64,000 bases of DNA from an uncultured Nocardioides sp. (lineage in GTDB: Bacteria > Actinomycetota > Actinomycetes > Propionibacteriales > Nocardioidaceae), in the NCBI GenBank assembly GCA_964544855.1, contig CAZJDU010000003.1, positions 8,545-72,544 of the forward strand, in the 5' to 3' direction. The position numbers and the translations under genes were made by a program. Under the pieces are notes generated by a model. That model was not told the DNA's origin and did no database searches. It worked only from the letters and a program-made list of their open reading frames with translations. Positions within the stretch are counted from its first letter, which is position 1. Each line of letters starts with the position of its first letter. Positions 51,198-59,717 of the stretch are shown here, in pieces.

Positions 51198-52213
51198 CGG
51201 CGCGCACCTCCCTGCGGCGGTGCGGGCTCGTCGCCGGACTGCAGCGCGAGCAGCGCCCGGAGGTCGAGCAGGAACGTCAGGTCGAAGTTGGCGAAGTCGC
51301 CCGGTGTCGCCTCGTCGGAACCGGTGGCGAACGCGATCAGCCCGGCCATCACCCCGTCGATGTCGCGCTGGTTGTCGACCAGGGTGCGCAGCACGGTCCG
51401 TGCGCTGCGCAGGGTGGCCCGCAGGTCGCCGGAGACCTCCTCCGAGAACGGCGTCGCCGTCGCCTCGAACCTGCGGAGCGAGCCGAGGGTGCGCATCATC
51501 GTGCCGCGCTGTCGCTCGAGGCTCTCGACCAACCCGGCGAGCTCCTCGACCGAGGCGCTGATCGTGGGGACGTCGCCGGCCAGGCGGCGCGAGAGCCGGT
51601 CCAGCGACCGCGTCAGCCGATCGACGGTCGGGAACCGGTCGTTGAGGTCGGTCACGACGGTGTCGAGGCGCCGCAACAGCCGGCGGACCTGTGGCGCGTT
51701 GCCGGTCAGCGCGACGTTGAGCTCGCCGATGATGGTGGAGATGTCGCCGAAGCTGCCCCCGGTCACCACCGTCGAGAGCGCCGTGAGGAGGTCGGTGACG
51801 TCCGGCGCCTCGTGGGTGCGGTCGGCGGCGATGATCGCCCCGTCGCGCATCGGACGCCCCTTCTTCCCCGGCACCAGCTGGACGTAGGCGGTGCCCATCG
51901 GCGAGGTCAGCCGGATCGCGGCCCGGCTGGACGACCGCAGCACGACGTCATCGGAGATCGCGAGATCGACCTCGGCGACGTAGTCACCGGCCCGCACGGC
52001 CGTGACCTGGCCGACGGTCACCCCCTCGAGCTTGACGGGGGCGTCCACCGGAAGGTTGAGGGCATCGGAGAACTCCGCGGTGATGCCGTAGGTCGGGCCG
52101 CCCACGAGGCCGGGCAACGGCACGTCCTTCAGCTCCAGGCCACATCCGGTGAGCGCGCCGAGGCCGATCACCGCCGCGATGAGCCGGGCGAGGAGACGTC
52201 GGGCCGTCCTCAT
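51194..52213 (-). CDS. Mce family lipoprotein (MceE position)
   Basis: Lipobox LTGC, FSDALNL, SPMGTAYVQL. Confidence 0.88.
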   Translation of the reverse strand: MRTARRLLARLIAAVIGLGALTGCGLELKDVPLPGLVGGPTYGITAEFSDALNLPVDAPVKLEGVTVGQVTAVRAGDYVAEVDLAISDDVVLRSSSRAAIRLTSPMGTAYVQLVPGKKGRPMRDGAIIAADRTHEAPDVTDLLTALSTVVTGGSFGDISTIIGELNVALTGNAPQVRRLLRRLDTVVTDLNDRFPTVDRLTRSLDRLSRRLAGDVPTISASVEELAGLVESLERQRGTMMRTLGSLRRFEATATPFSEEVSGDLRATLRSARTVLRTLVDNQRDIDGVMAGLIAFATGSDEATPGDFANFDLTFLLDLRALLALQSGDEPAPPQGGARR

Positions 52214-53361
52214 GGGATCTCCCCGGGCAGAGCGTCGTACACCCCGTCGAGCAGCGGGTCGAGCAGGCCGGTGCCGTCGGGCTGGAACAGCACCCGGCAC
52301 AGGCCGTCCAGCCCGGCGGTGCCGGCGAGGACCCGGCAGAACCGGTCGCGGAAGACGGCGGAGAACGGTCCGACGGCGAAGGAGAACTGCACCCGGAGCC
52401 GGCCCAGGTCCCAGTCGTAGGCCCGTGCGAAGTTCTCCGCCATCGTCGGCATCACGTCGAAGGCCTCCGCGAGCGAGTCCTGGTGCTCGCGGACCAGGCT
52501 GACCAGGGAGCTGATCGAGGCCAGGTCCTCGGCGAGCAGGTCGCCGTTCTCGCGCAGCAGCTCCTCGGCGACGCCGACCAGGTCGTCCAGGCTGTCCAGC
52601 GTGGCCTCCACCTCGTGCCGCTGGTCGGCGAGCACCTCGGCGGCGCTGACCGAGTGACGGGTGAACCGTCGCAGCAGGCGGTCGCGCGCCGCGAGCATGT
52701 CGACCACGTCGCCGAGGGCGACGGTCACCGACTCCAGGTCGTCGCCCTTGGTGTTGAGGATCTCGAGCGCGCGTTGTCCGCGGGACAGCGCCGTCGCCAG
52801 CGCCTCGCCGTTGCCGTCGAGCGCGTCGGCGCTCGTGGCGAGCAGCTCGCCGAGGCCGTTGCCGTCGCCCTGGCGGCCACCGTCGAGCGCCAGCACCAGG
52901 TCGTCGACCGCGGTCGCGATCTCGTCGACGGTGGCGGGGGACCGGGTGTGCTCGGCGTCGATGTGGGCGCCGGAGGTGAGGGCAGGCCCGCCGCGGTAGG
53001 CCGGGCCGAGCTCGACGTACCGGTCGGTGACCAGCGAGCCCTGCAGGATCTCGGCGCCGGCCTCCCGCGGGACGCGGGTGTCCGGCTCGAGGCGCATCTC
53101 GACCCGCATCGTGGTGCCCTGGGGCTCGACCGCCACCACCTCGCCGACCGGGACACCGAGGTAGGTCACCTGGTTGCCGACGTACAACCCGGTGGTGTCC
53201 CCGAAGTCGGCGGTGACCACCATGCGCCCGTCCTCGCCGCCGAGCCACCCCGCCATCCGGTCGCCCTGCAGCAGGGCGGCGCTGGCGACGGCGATCACCA
53301 CCAGCAGGACGACCACCCGCCGGGCTCCGAACCAGGCTCGCGCGCGGGCGATCATGAGCAC
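52210..53361 (-). CDS. Mce family protein (MceD position)
   Basis: GLYVGNQV.YLGVPVG, SLVTDRYVEL.PAY. Confidence 0.88.
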   Translation of the reverse strand: MLMIARARAWFGARRVVVLLVVIAVASAALLQGDRMAGWLGGEDGRMVVTADFGDTTGLYVGNQVTYLGVPVGEVVAVEPQGTTMRVEMRLEPDTRVPREAGAEILQGSLVTDRYVELGPAYRGGPALTSGAHIDAEHTRSPATVDEIATAVDDLVLALDGGRQGDGNGLGELLATSADALDGNGEALATALSRGQRALEILNTKGDDLESVTVALGDVVDMLAARDRLLRRFTRHSVSAAEVLADQRHEVEATLDSLDDLVGVAEELLRENGDLLAEDLASISSLVSLVREHQDSLAEAFDVMPTMAENFARAYDWDLGRLRVQFSFAVGPFSAVFRDRFCRVLAGTAGLDGLCRVLFQPDGTGLLDPLLDGVYDALPGEIP

Positions 53362-54341
53362 TCCTCCGGGGTGACCGAGCAGATCAGGTCGTCCGGGATG
53401 ATCGCGTACGGCGCGTTGACGCCCAGCCAGGGACCGTCGCCGGTGGCGTTGGTGAACACCCGCATCGTCGGGCCGGCGAGCTCCAGCGTCTCGTCCAGGT
53501 CGTCGCGATGCTCCTCGAAGGTCGCGAGGACCTGCTGCAGCCGGCGCAGCGTGGGCTTCAGATGGGGCGCGTTCTCCCGGACCAACGCCGCCAGCCCGGT
53601 CACGAAGCGGTGGCCCTGGCGCAGCAGGAGGCGGAGCGTCTCCCGTCGGTCGTGCACCATGGCGAGCACGGCCGTGCCGTTGGTGAGCGCGGTGTCGAGA
53701 TGCTCGGTCTGGTCGAGCACCAGCGTGGTGACGTCCTCGGTCGACGCGAGCAGCGCGTCGAGCTGCTGCTCCCGGGTCTCCACCATGCCCGCGACGCCGG
53801 AGATCCCGTCGAGGGCGCGGCGCAGCTCACCGGGTCGGACGCTGAGGTCGGTCGCGAGCACGTCGACGGCCTCCTCGACGGTGCCCATGTCGAGCTCCTC
53901 GATCTGCGGGACGCTCTCCAGCCAGAACTGCTCCATCGTGTAGCTGTCGCGTGCGTGCTCCACCGCGACCGTGTCGCCGGCCTCGAGCTCGGTGCCGCTG
54001 CCCGGGGTGAGGGCGAGGTAGCGCTCGCCGAGGACGGAGAGCAGCTTCACCTCGCCGAGCGTGTCGTCGGTCAGTCCGACCCGGTCCGGATCGGCGGTCA
54101 CGGTGAAGGTCACCTCGACCTGGTCACGAACCGCCTCGACCGTGGCCACCTTCCCGACGGTGATCCCCGCGACGCGCACCTCGTCGCCGGGCTCCAGCCC
54201 GGCCGCCTGCCGCAGCCGTAGGTGATGGCTCGGATCGCCCTCGATCGTCCGCAGCCCCACCAGGACGGCGCCGACCCCGATGAGGGCGACCACCACTCGC
54301 AGCGGAGTGCTCAGCTGCTGCCAGAGCGACGTCACGGCCAT
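53352..54341 (-). CDS. Mce family protein (MceC position)
   Basis: AAGLEPGDEVRVAG..VG, SVLGERYL, GDGPW. Confidence 0.88.
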   Translation of the reverse strand: MAVTSLWQQLSTPLRVVVALIGVGAVLVGLRTIEGDPSHHLRLRQAAGLEPGDEVRVAGITVGKVATVEAVRDQVEVTFTVTADPDRVGLTDDTLGEVKLLSVLGERYLALTPGSGTELEAGDTVAVEHARDSYTMEQFWLESVPQIEELDMGTVEEAVDVLATDLSVRPGELRRALDGISGVAGMVETREQQLDALLASTEDVTTLVLDQTEHLDTALTNGTAVLAMVHDRRETLRLLLRQGHRFVTGLAALVRENAPHLKPTLRRLQQVLATFEEHRDDLDETLELAGPTMRVFTNATGDGPWLGVNAPYAIIPDDLICSVTPEECS

Positions 54342-55393
54342 CACCGGCACCTCTCGGAGTGCGCCCGGCCACCGAGCTCCACACCGCCCGGCACGCCGTC
54401 CACCCGGATCGCGAGGGTGCAGACGTAGACGTTGAGATAGCTGCCGTAGCTCAGCGTGCGCAGGTAGGACCGGAGCTGGGTGGGGATCGCCTCCGCCGCG
54501 CCCGGCAGCAGCGTGCTCGTCCGCGCCGCGAGGTAGGAGGTGAGATCGCGTGCCAGGGGCACGTCGGCACTGAGATCGGGACCGACCTCGCGCACCAGGT
54601 CGTCGGCGGTGCCGCTCAGCCGCGCGAGGGAGTCGAGGCTGGTGCCGAGCCGGTTCCGGTCCTGCGCCAGCCCCTTCGTGAGGGTGCCGAGGCCGCGCAG
54701 CAGTCGAGTGATCTCGCCCCGATGCTCATGGGTGCTCTGCAGCACCTCGGTGACGTTGTCGACGACCTCGGCGAGCACCTCGTCGCGCTCGACGAAACCG
54801 GAGGTGAGCTCCGCGGTCTGCCCGAGCAGGTGGCGCAGCGTGGCGCCCTGGCCCTGCAGCACCTGGACGATGTTCTCCGCCAGCCGGTTGATGTCGGCCG
54901 GCTGCAGCAGGTCGAAGACGGGGCGGAACGCGTTGAACAGCGCGGTGAGGTCGAGGGCGGGGCGGGTCCGGTCGATCGGGACCGTGTCGCCGTCCGCGAG
55001 CCGGGCGGCGCCGGGCGTGGGCGAGGGGCGCGAGATGGCGACGTACCGCTGGCCCATCAGGTTGAGGTAGTCCACGGAGAAGCGCGTGTCGTCGTGGAGC
55101 GGCTGGTCGGCGTCCAGCGCCATCGTCACCACGGCCCGCCCCGCAGTGTCCCCGGTGCCGAGCTCGGCGTGGGAAACCCGGCCGATGCGAACGCCCGCGA
55201 GCCGTACGTCGTCGCCGCTGCGCAGCCCGGTCACGTCGCGGAACACGGCGGTGATCTCGATGGAGTCGCCGCGCTGCGAGCGAGACAGCGTGCCGGCCAC
55301 CATCAGCGTGAGCACCAGCGCGAGCGTCACGAAGGCGGCGACGCCGAGCAGCGCGCCCGGGGAGCGGCGGAGCTCGGCCAGCTGGCGGCTCAT
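54341..55393 (-). CDS. Mce family protein (MceB position)
   Basis: FRDVTGLRSGDDVRLAGV, YLNLMGQRY, LDLTALFNAFRP, YGSYLNVYVC. Confidence 0.9.
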   Translation of the reverse strand: MSRQLAELRRSPGALLGVAAFVTLALVLTLMVAGTLSRSQRGDSIEITAVFRDVTGLRSGDDVRLAGVRIGRVSHAELGTGDTAGRAVVTMALDADQPLHDDTRFSVDYLNLMGQRYVAISRPSPTPGAARLADGDTVPIDRTRPALDLTALFNAFRPVFDLLQPADINRLAENIVQVLQGQGATLRHLLGQTAELTSGFVERDEVLAEVVDNVTEVLQSTHEHRGEITRLLRGLGTLTKGLAQDRNRLGTSLDSLARLSGTADDLVREVGPDLSADVPLARDLTSYLAARTSTLLPGAAEAIPTQLRSYLRTLSYGSYLNVYVCTLAIRVDGVPGGVELGGRAHSERCR

Positions 55394-56502
55394 CGGTCTC
55401 CTCCTGTGCAGGCGCGGCCCTCGAGTCCGCGGTAGCGCGGGCAGTCCTCGGCGTCGTACGGGTCGAGCAGCTGGGGCGCCAGGACGCCCTCCATCTGGAT
55501 CCGGCCGTTCTCGACCGCCGCGGCGCCGTTCTGCAACAGGCGAGGCACCTTGCCGAGCAGCCGGTCGAAGGACGGGCTGCGCTCGGCGAAGGCCGCCAGC
55601 GTCGCCGCGGTGGCCCGGAGCATCCGCGCGGTCTGGGGCCGGTGCTGCTGCAGGAACGCCGTCAACCCGTCGGGTCCGTCGAGCAGTGAGGTGGTGCCGG
55701 TCAGCACCGCGTCGGTCTGCTTCTCGCGCTCGACGAGGGTGCGGGCGATCGGGCGGGAGTCGCGCAGCGCCTGGACGACGGTCGGCTCGAGGTCGGCGAG
55801 GGCGTCGGCGTTGGTCGCCAGCAGGTCGAGGTCGGTCATCACCTGGGGCTCGAGCAACGCCCAGCGGGCGAGGAACCGGTCGGCATCGGCGATGAAGGTC
55901 GCGACGTCGTCGCCGCGACCGTCGAGCGCACCGGCGAGCTGCGACAACGCCACGTCCCACTGCGCCGGGTCGGCAGCCGCGAGCAGTCGTTGCGACGCGG
56001 AGAACGTGGCCATCAGCCGCATCGTTGCCCGCGAGGTGTCGGCGGGGACGCTCTGCCCGTCGGTCAGCGGGCCGGCCGCAGCCGCGGACGGAGCGGACGC
56101 GGCAGCACTCGCCGTGCCGGCCTCGCCGTCGGTCACGAGGTCGACGTACTCGTTGCCGAAGAGGGTGCCGGGCAGCACCCGTGCGGTCACCGACCTCGGG
56201 ATCATGGCGGCGTGCTCGTCCTCGACCACGACCTCCGCGGTGGGACCGGTCGCGTCGACCTCGAGGACCCGCCCGACCCGGAGGCCGCGGTACTTCACGT
56301 CGGAGTTGATGCCGAGCGTGTCGCCCACGGTCGGCAGGTGGACGGTCACCCGCGTGCCGGGGCCGAGCACGCCCATCGCCTGCAGGCCGAGGACGCCACC
56401 GTAGAGGCCGCCGAGCAGCAGTCCGACGGCGCCGAGGATCGCGAGGCGCGCGCGCAGCACGCGCGGCTCGAGACGGGTGTGAGGGAACAGCAGGTCGAAC
56501 AC
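55390..56502 (-). CDS. Mce family protein (MceA position)
   Basis: SDVKYRG..VGRV, TLFGNEYVDL, CPRY. Confidence 0.88.
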   Translation of the reverse strand: MFDLLFPHTRLEPRVLRARLAILGAVGLLLGGLYGGVLGLQAMGVLGPGTRVTVHLPTVGDTLGINSDVKYRGLRVGRVLEVDATGPTAEVVVEDEHAAMIPRSVTARVLPGTLFGNEYVDLVTDGEAGTASAAASAPSAAAAGPLTDGQSVPADTSRATMRLMATFSASQRLLAAADPAQWDVALSQLAGALDGRGDDVATFIADADRFLARWALLEPQVMTDLDLLATNADALADLEPTVVQALRDSRPIARTLVEREKQTDAVLTGTTSLLDGPDGLTAFLQQHRPQTARMLRATAATLAAFAERSPSFDRLLGKVPRLLQNGAAAVENGRIQMEGVLAPQLLDPYDAEDCPRYRGLEGRACTGGDR

Positions 56503-56506
56503 GCGG

Positions 56507-57367
56507 TCACCCCGAGATCTGCACCTGCTGGTCCGCGCCCCACAGGGTCAGCGTCAGCAGGATGTCGACGACGGTGAGCAGGATGATGCTGGAGCGGATC
56601 GCCCGGCCGGTGGCGCGCCCCACGCCCTCGGGACCGCCGGACGCGGTGTAGCCGTGGTAGCAGTGCACGATCGTCACGACCGTGGTCAGCACCACGACCT
56701 TGATGCCGGAGTAGACCACGTCGATCGGCGAGACGAAGGTGCGGAAGTAGTGGTCGTAGGTGCCGGCGGACTGGTCGTAGAAGACCGTGACCATGAGGTC
56801 GGTGGCGAGGTAGGTGCCGACCAGCCCGATCAGGTAGAGCGGGAGCACGATGATCCAGGAGGCGACCAGCCGGGTGCCGACGAGATAGGGGATCGGCCGG
56901 ATCGCCATGGCCTGCAGAGCGTCGATCTCCTCGCTGATCCGCATCGCCCCGAGCCGGGAGGTGAAGCCGCAGCCGATCCGCGCCGCGAACCCGAGCGCGG
57001 CCACCATCGGCGCCAGCTCGCGGGTGTTGGCATAGCCGGAGATGAAGCCGGTGAGCGGAGCGAGGCCGATGACGTCGAGCCCCTGGTAGCCCTCGAGGCC
57101 GACCTCGGTGCCGGTCAGGGTGGAGAGCAGCAGCACGACGCCGACCACGCCTCCGCCGACCAGGAAGATCCCGGAGCCGAGCGTCGTCTCGGCGAGCGTG
57201 CGGGAGATCTCCTTGCGGTAGCGGGTGAGGGCGACGGGGAGCGAGGCGAAGGCCTGCCAGGCGAAGGCGAGCTGGGCGCCGATGCCGGCGAGCGGCGTCA
57301 CGACGACGCGGTCGGTGGCCTCCTCGACGACGCGCGTCGGCGGACGGGTGGGCTGCGCCGCGGTCAT
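56507..57367 (-). CDS. YrbE/MlaE permease (YrbEB)
   Basis: RELAP, LGAMRISEEIDAL, HCYHGYTASGGPEGVG.ATGRAIR. Confidence 0.93.
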   Translation of the reverse strand: MTAAQPTRPPTRVVEEATDRVVVTPLAGIGAQLAFAWQAFASLPVALTRYRKEISRTLAETTLGSGIFLVGGGVVGVVLLLSTLTGTEVGLEGYQGLDVIGLAPLTGFISGYANTRELAPMVAALGFAARIGCGFTSRLGAMRISEEIDALQAMAIRPIPYLVGTRLVASWIIVLPLYLIGLVGTYLATDLMVTVFYDQSAGTYDHYFRTFVSPIDVVYSGIKVVVLTTVVTIVHCYHGYTASGGPEGVGRATGRAIRSSIILLTVVDILLTLTLWGADQQVQISG

Positions 57368-58170
57368 CCGATCGGACCTCCGGCGAACGTCGTGTGGATC
57401 TGGGAGATCAGGAAGTTGGCGGCGAAGAGCAGCACGAAGTTGGTCACGACCGAGCTGGTGACGGCCTCGCCGACGCCGGTCGGTCCGCGGCTCGCGTTGA
57501 GGCCCTTGTACGACGCGACGACGGCGCAGATCACCGCGAAGATCGCTGCCTTGGCCAGCGACAGCCAGAGGTCGGACAGCTGCGCCAGCGTCGTCACCGA
57601 TGCCAGGTAGCTGCCCGGCGGCAGGTCCTGCAGGACGACGCTGATGAGCAGCGTGGTCATGATCGTGAAGAACATGACCACGCCGTTGAGCAGCACCGAG
57701 ACGACGATGAGCGCGATCGCCCGGGGCACGACCAGTCGCTCCACCACCGGCAGGCCCATCACCTCCATCGCGTCGATCTCCTCGCGGATCCGCCGCGCGC
57801 CGAGGTCGGCGCAGATCGCCGAGCCCGCGACCCCGGAGAGCATCAGCGCCGTGATCAGGGGCGAGGCCTGGCGCACCACGGCGAGGGTGTTGCCGGCACC
57901 GGTGAACGAGACGGCGCCGACCTCCTGGGCGAGCACGCCGACCTGCAGCGCCAGGATGATGCCGAACGGCACGGAGACCGCGAGGGCCGGGAGCGTGCAG
58001 ACCCGGATCGTGGACCAGGTCTGCACGACGAGCTCACTGACGGGGAACCGCCCAGCGGCGAGCGACGTCGCGGCGGCGGACGCGGTCCGTCGCGCCAGTC
58101 CGAGCATGCCCAGCAGGTCGCCGAACGGTCCGCGCAGGCGCGTCGCCGAAGCCGGTGCGCGCGTCGCCAT
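57364..58170 (-). CDS. YrbE/MlaE permease (YrbEA)
   Basis: GSAICADLGARRIREEIDAMEVMG, RLVVPR, GP.GVG.AV. Confidence 0.93.
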   Translation of the reverse strand: MATRAPASATRLRGPFGDLLGMLGLARRTASAAATSLAAGRFPVSELVVQTWSTIRVCTLPALAVSVPFGIILALQVGVLAQEVGAVSFTGAGNTLAVVRQASPLITALMLSGVAGSAICADLGARRIREEIDAMEVMGLPVVERLVVPRAIALIVVSVLLNGVVMFFTIMTTLLISVVLQDLPPGSYLASVTTLAQLSDLWLSLAKAAIFAVICAVVASYKGLNASRGPTGVGEAVTSSVVTNFVLLFAANFLISQIHTTFAGGPIG

Positions 58171-58193
58171 CGAACCCCCATGTCGGTCGAGAA

Positions 58194-58299
58194 TGACAGA
58201 ACCACTGTGACACCGCACACTGTTCAACGTCACAGCAGGATCCGTCAAGGGCGTCCGCTCCACGGTCGTTGCGCGGGAGGAATCACAGCGCTACTGTGA
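58194..58299. promoter_or_regulatory. Two TSACAG-N5-CTGTGA operator palindromes in the mce/MerR divergent gap
   Basis: TGACAG-aacca-CTGTGA 58194-58210; perfect TCACAG-cgcta-CTGTGA 58283-58299. Confidence 0.65.
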
Positions 58300-58304
58300 C
58301 AGTC

Positions 58305-59060
58305 ATGAGCGTTGCCATGGGGGAGTCGGCCAAGTCGGGCGATGGTCTGCGCACCGTCGACCAGCTCGCGGCCGAGGCAGGCCTGACCGTCCGCACGACG
58401 CGCTACTACGCCAGCCTCGGGCTGCTGCCGCCGCCGACCAAGCGCGACCGGATGGCGTGGTACGACGACACCCACCTGGCGCGGCTGGAGATGATCCGGG
58501 CGCTGCAGGACCACGGGTTCACGCTGCAGGCGATCGAGCGCTACCTGACGTCCCTCCCGGGCGACGCCGCGATCGAGGACCTCGCCGTCCAGCGTGCGAT
58601 GCTCACCGCGTGGTCGCCGGAGGGACCGCACCGGGTCACCCGCCGTCAGCTGGAGAAGCACGCGCGGCGCAAGCTGAGCGACGAGCAGCTCGAGATGCTG
58701 GAGGACCTCGGCATCGTGCGGTGCGTCGAGGACGACCGCGGTGTGCGCTACACCCCGGTGCAGGGGTTCGATGCGGCGATCGAGCTGCTCGACCTCGACA
58801 TCTCGATGACCGGCATGCGGGCGGCGGGCGAGGCGATCTCCCGCCACATGGAGGCACTCGCCGGAGAGCTGACCGGGATCCTTCGGCAGCAGGTGATCGC
58901 GCCGTACCGTCGCGAGGCGCACACTCCGGAGGAGAAGGCGGAGTTCGAGCGCACGCTGGCGGTGCTGCGCCGCCTCACGCTCGAGGCGATCGTCGGCGGC
59001 TTCCAGCGGTCCGCCAACGACCTGGTCACCCAGTCGCTGCAGCGGGACACGCGGGAGTGA
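58305..59060 (+). CDS. MerR family transcriptional regulator
   Basis: TVDQLAAEAGLTVRTTRYYASLGLLPPP, HLARLEMIRALQDHGFTL. Confidence 0.9.
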   Translation: MSVAMGESAKSGDGLRTVDQLAAEAGLTVRTTRYYASLGLLPPPTKRDRMAWYDDTHLARLEMIRALQDHGFTLQAIERYLTSLPGDAAIEDLAVQRAMLTAWSPEGPHRVTRRQLEKHARRKLSDEQLEMLEDLGIVRCVEDDRGVRYTPVQGFDAAIELLDLDISMTGMRAAGEAISRHMEALAGELTGILRQQVIAPYRREAHTPEEKAEFERTLAVLRRLTLEAIVGGFQRSANDLVTQSLQRDTRE

Positions 59061-59093
59061 GGCTCGCGCGCCGCGCCCGATAGGGTCCGGTGC

Positions 59094-59504
59094 GTGACTC
59101 AACGCACCCTGGTTCTCATCAAGCCCGACGCGTCCCGGCGCGGCCTCGTGGGAGAGGTGCTCTCACGGTTCGAGGCCAAGGGCCTCGCGATCGTCGCGAT
59201 GGAGCAGCGCACGATCGACGGCGAGATGGCTGACCGCCACTACGCCGAGCACGTCGAGCGCGACTTCTATCCGCCGCTGCGCGCCTTCGTCACCAGTGGG
59301 CCGACCGTGGCTCTGGTGCTGGAGGGGGACGAGGCGATCGAGGTGGTCCGCTCCCTCAACGGTGCCACCGACGGCCGCAAGGCGGCCCCGGGCACGATCC
59401 GTGGCGACCTGTCGCTCTCCAACCGGGAGAACCTGGTGCACGGGTCGGACTCGCCGGAGTCCGCCGAGCGCGAGATCGCGCTCTGGTTCCCCGGACTGGT
59501 CTGA
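59094..59504 (+). CDS. ndk: Nucleoside diphosphate kinase
   Basis: RTLVLIKPD, HYAEH, PGTIRGD, NLVHGSDS. Confidence 0.97.
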   Translation: MTQRTLVLIKPDASRRGLVGEVLSRFEAKGLAIVAMEQRTIDGEMADRHYAEHVERDFYPPLRAFVTSGPTVALVLEGDEAIEVVRSLNGATDGRKAAPGTIRGDLSLSNRENLVHGSDSPESAEREIALWFPGLV

Positions 59505-59580
59505 CCGACCTCGTCCCACAGGTCACAAGCGTCACACACGCCACGGCGTGGCACCGCGGCAATAGCACATCGATTCCTTA

Positions 59581-59713
59581 GCCTCGCAACCGGAGCCCGT
59601 CGGAATCACGCGCTCGCGTGCTCCCCGGGCGGCACGCCGTACGACGCGCCGCCCGGCTTCCCCGAAGCGCGTGAGCGGACCCGGCGACGGGCCCGGTGAG
59701 TCGGTTGCGAGGC
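59581..59713 (+). promoter_or_regulatory. Long structured leader hairpin overlapping the mreB RBS
   Basis: Four nested perfect helices (12, 8, 9 and 9 bp); GAGG 59709-59712 lies in the basal stem. Confidence 0.6.
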
Positions 59714-59717
59714 GCGC

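Noticed and set aside
45688-59060. mce block as a mobile island
   Set aside because: No integrase, transposase, tRNA target or flanking direct repeats seen; composition looks host-like
59581-59713. mreB leader hairpin as an intrinsic ndk terminator or a 6S/Ms1 RNA
   Set aside because: No U-tract and it overlaps the mreB RBS; no recognisable 6S/Ms1 sequence features
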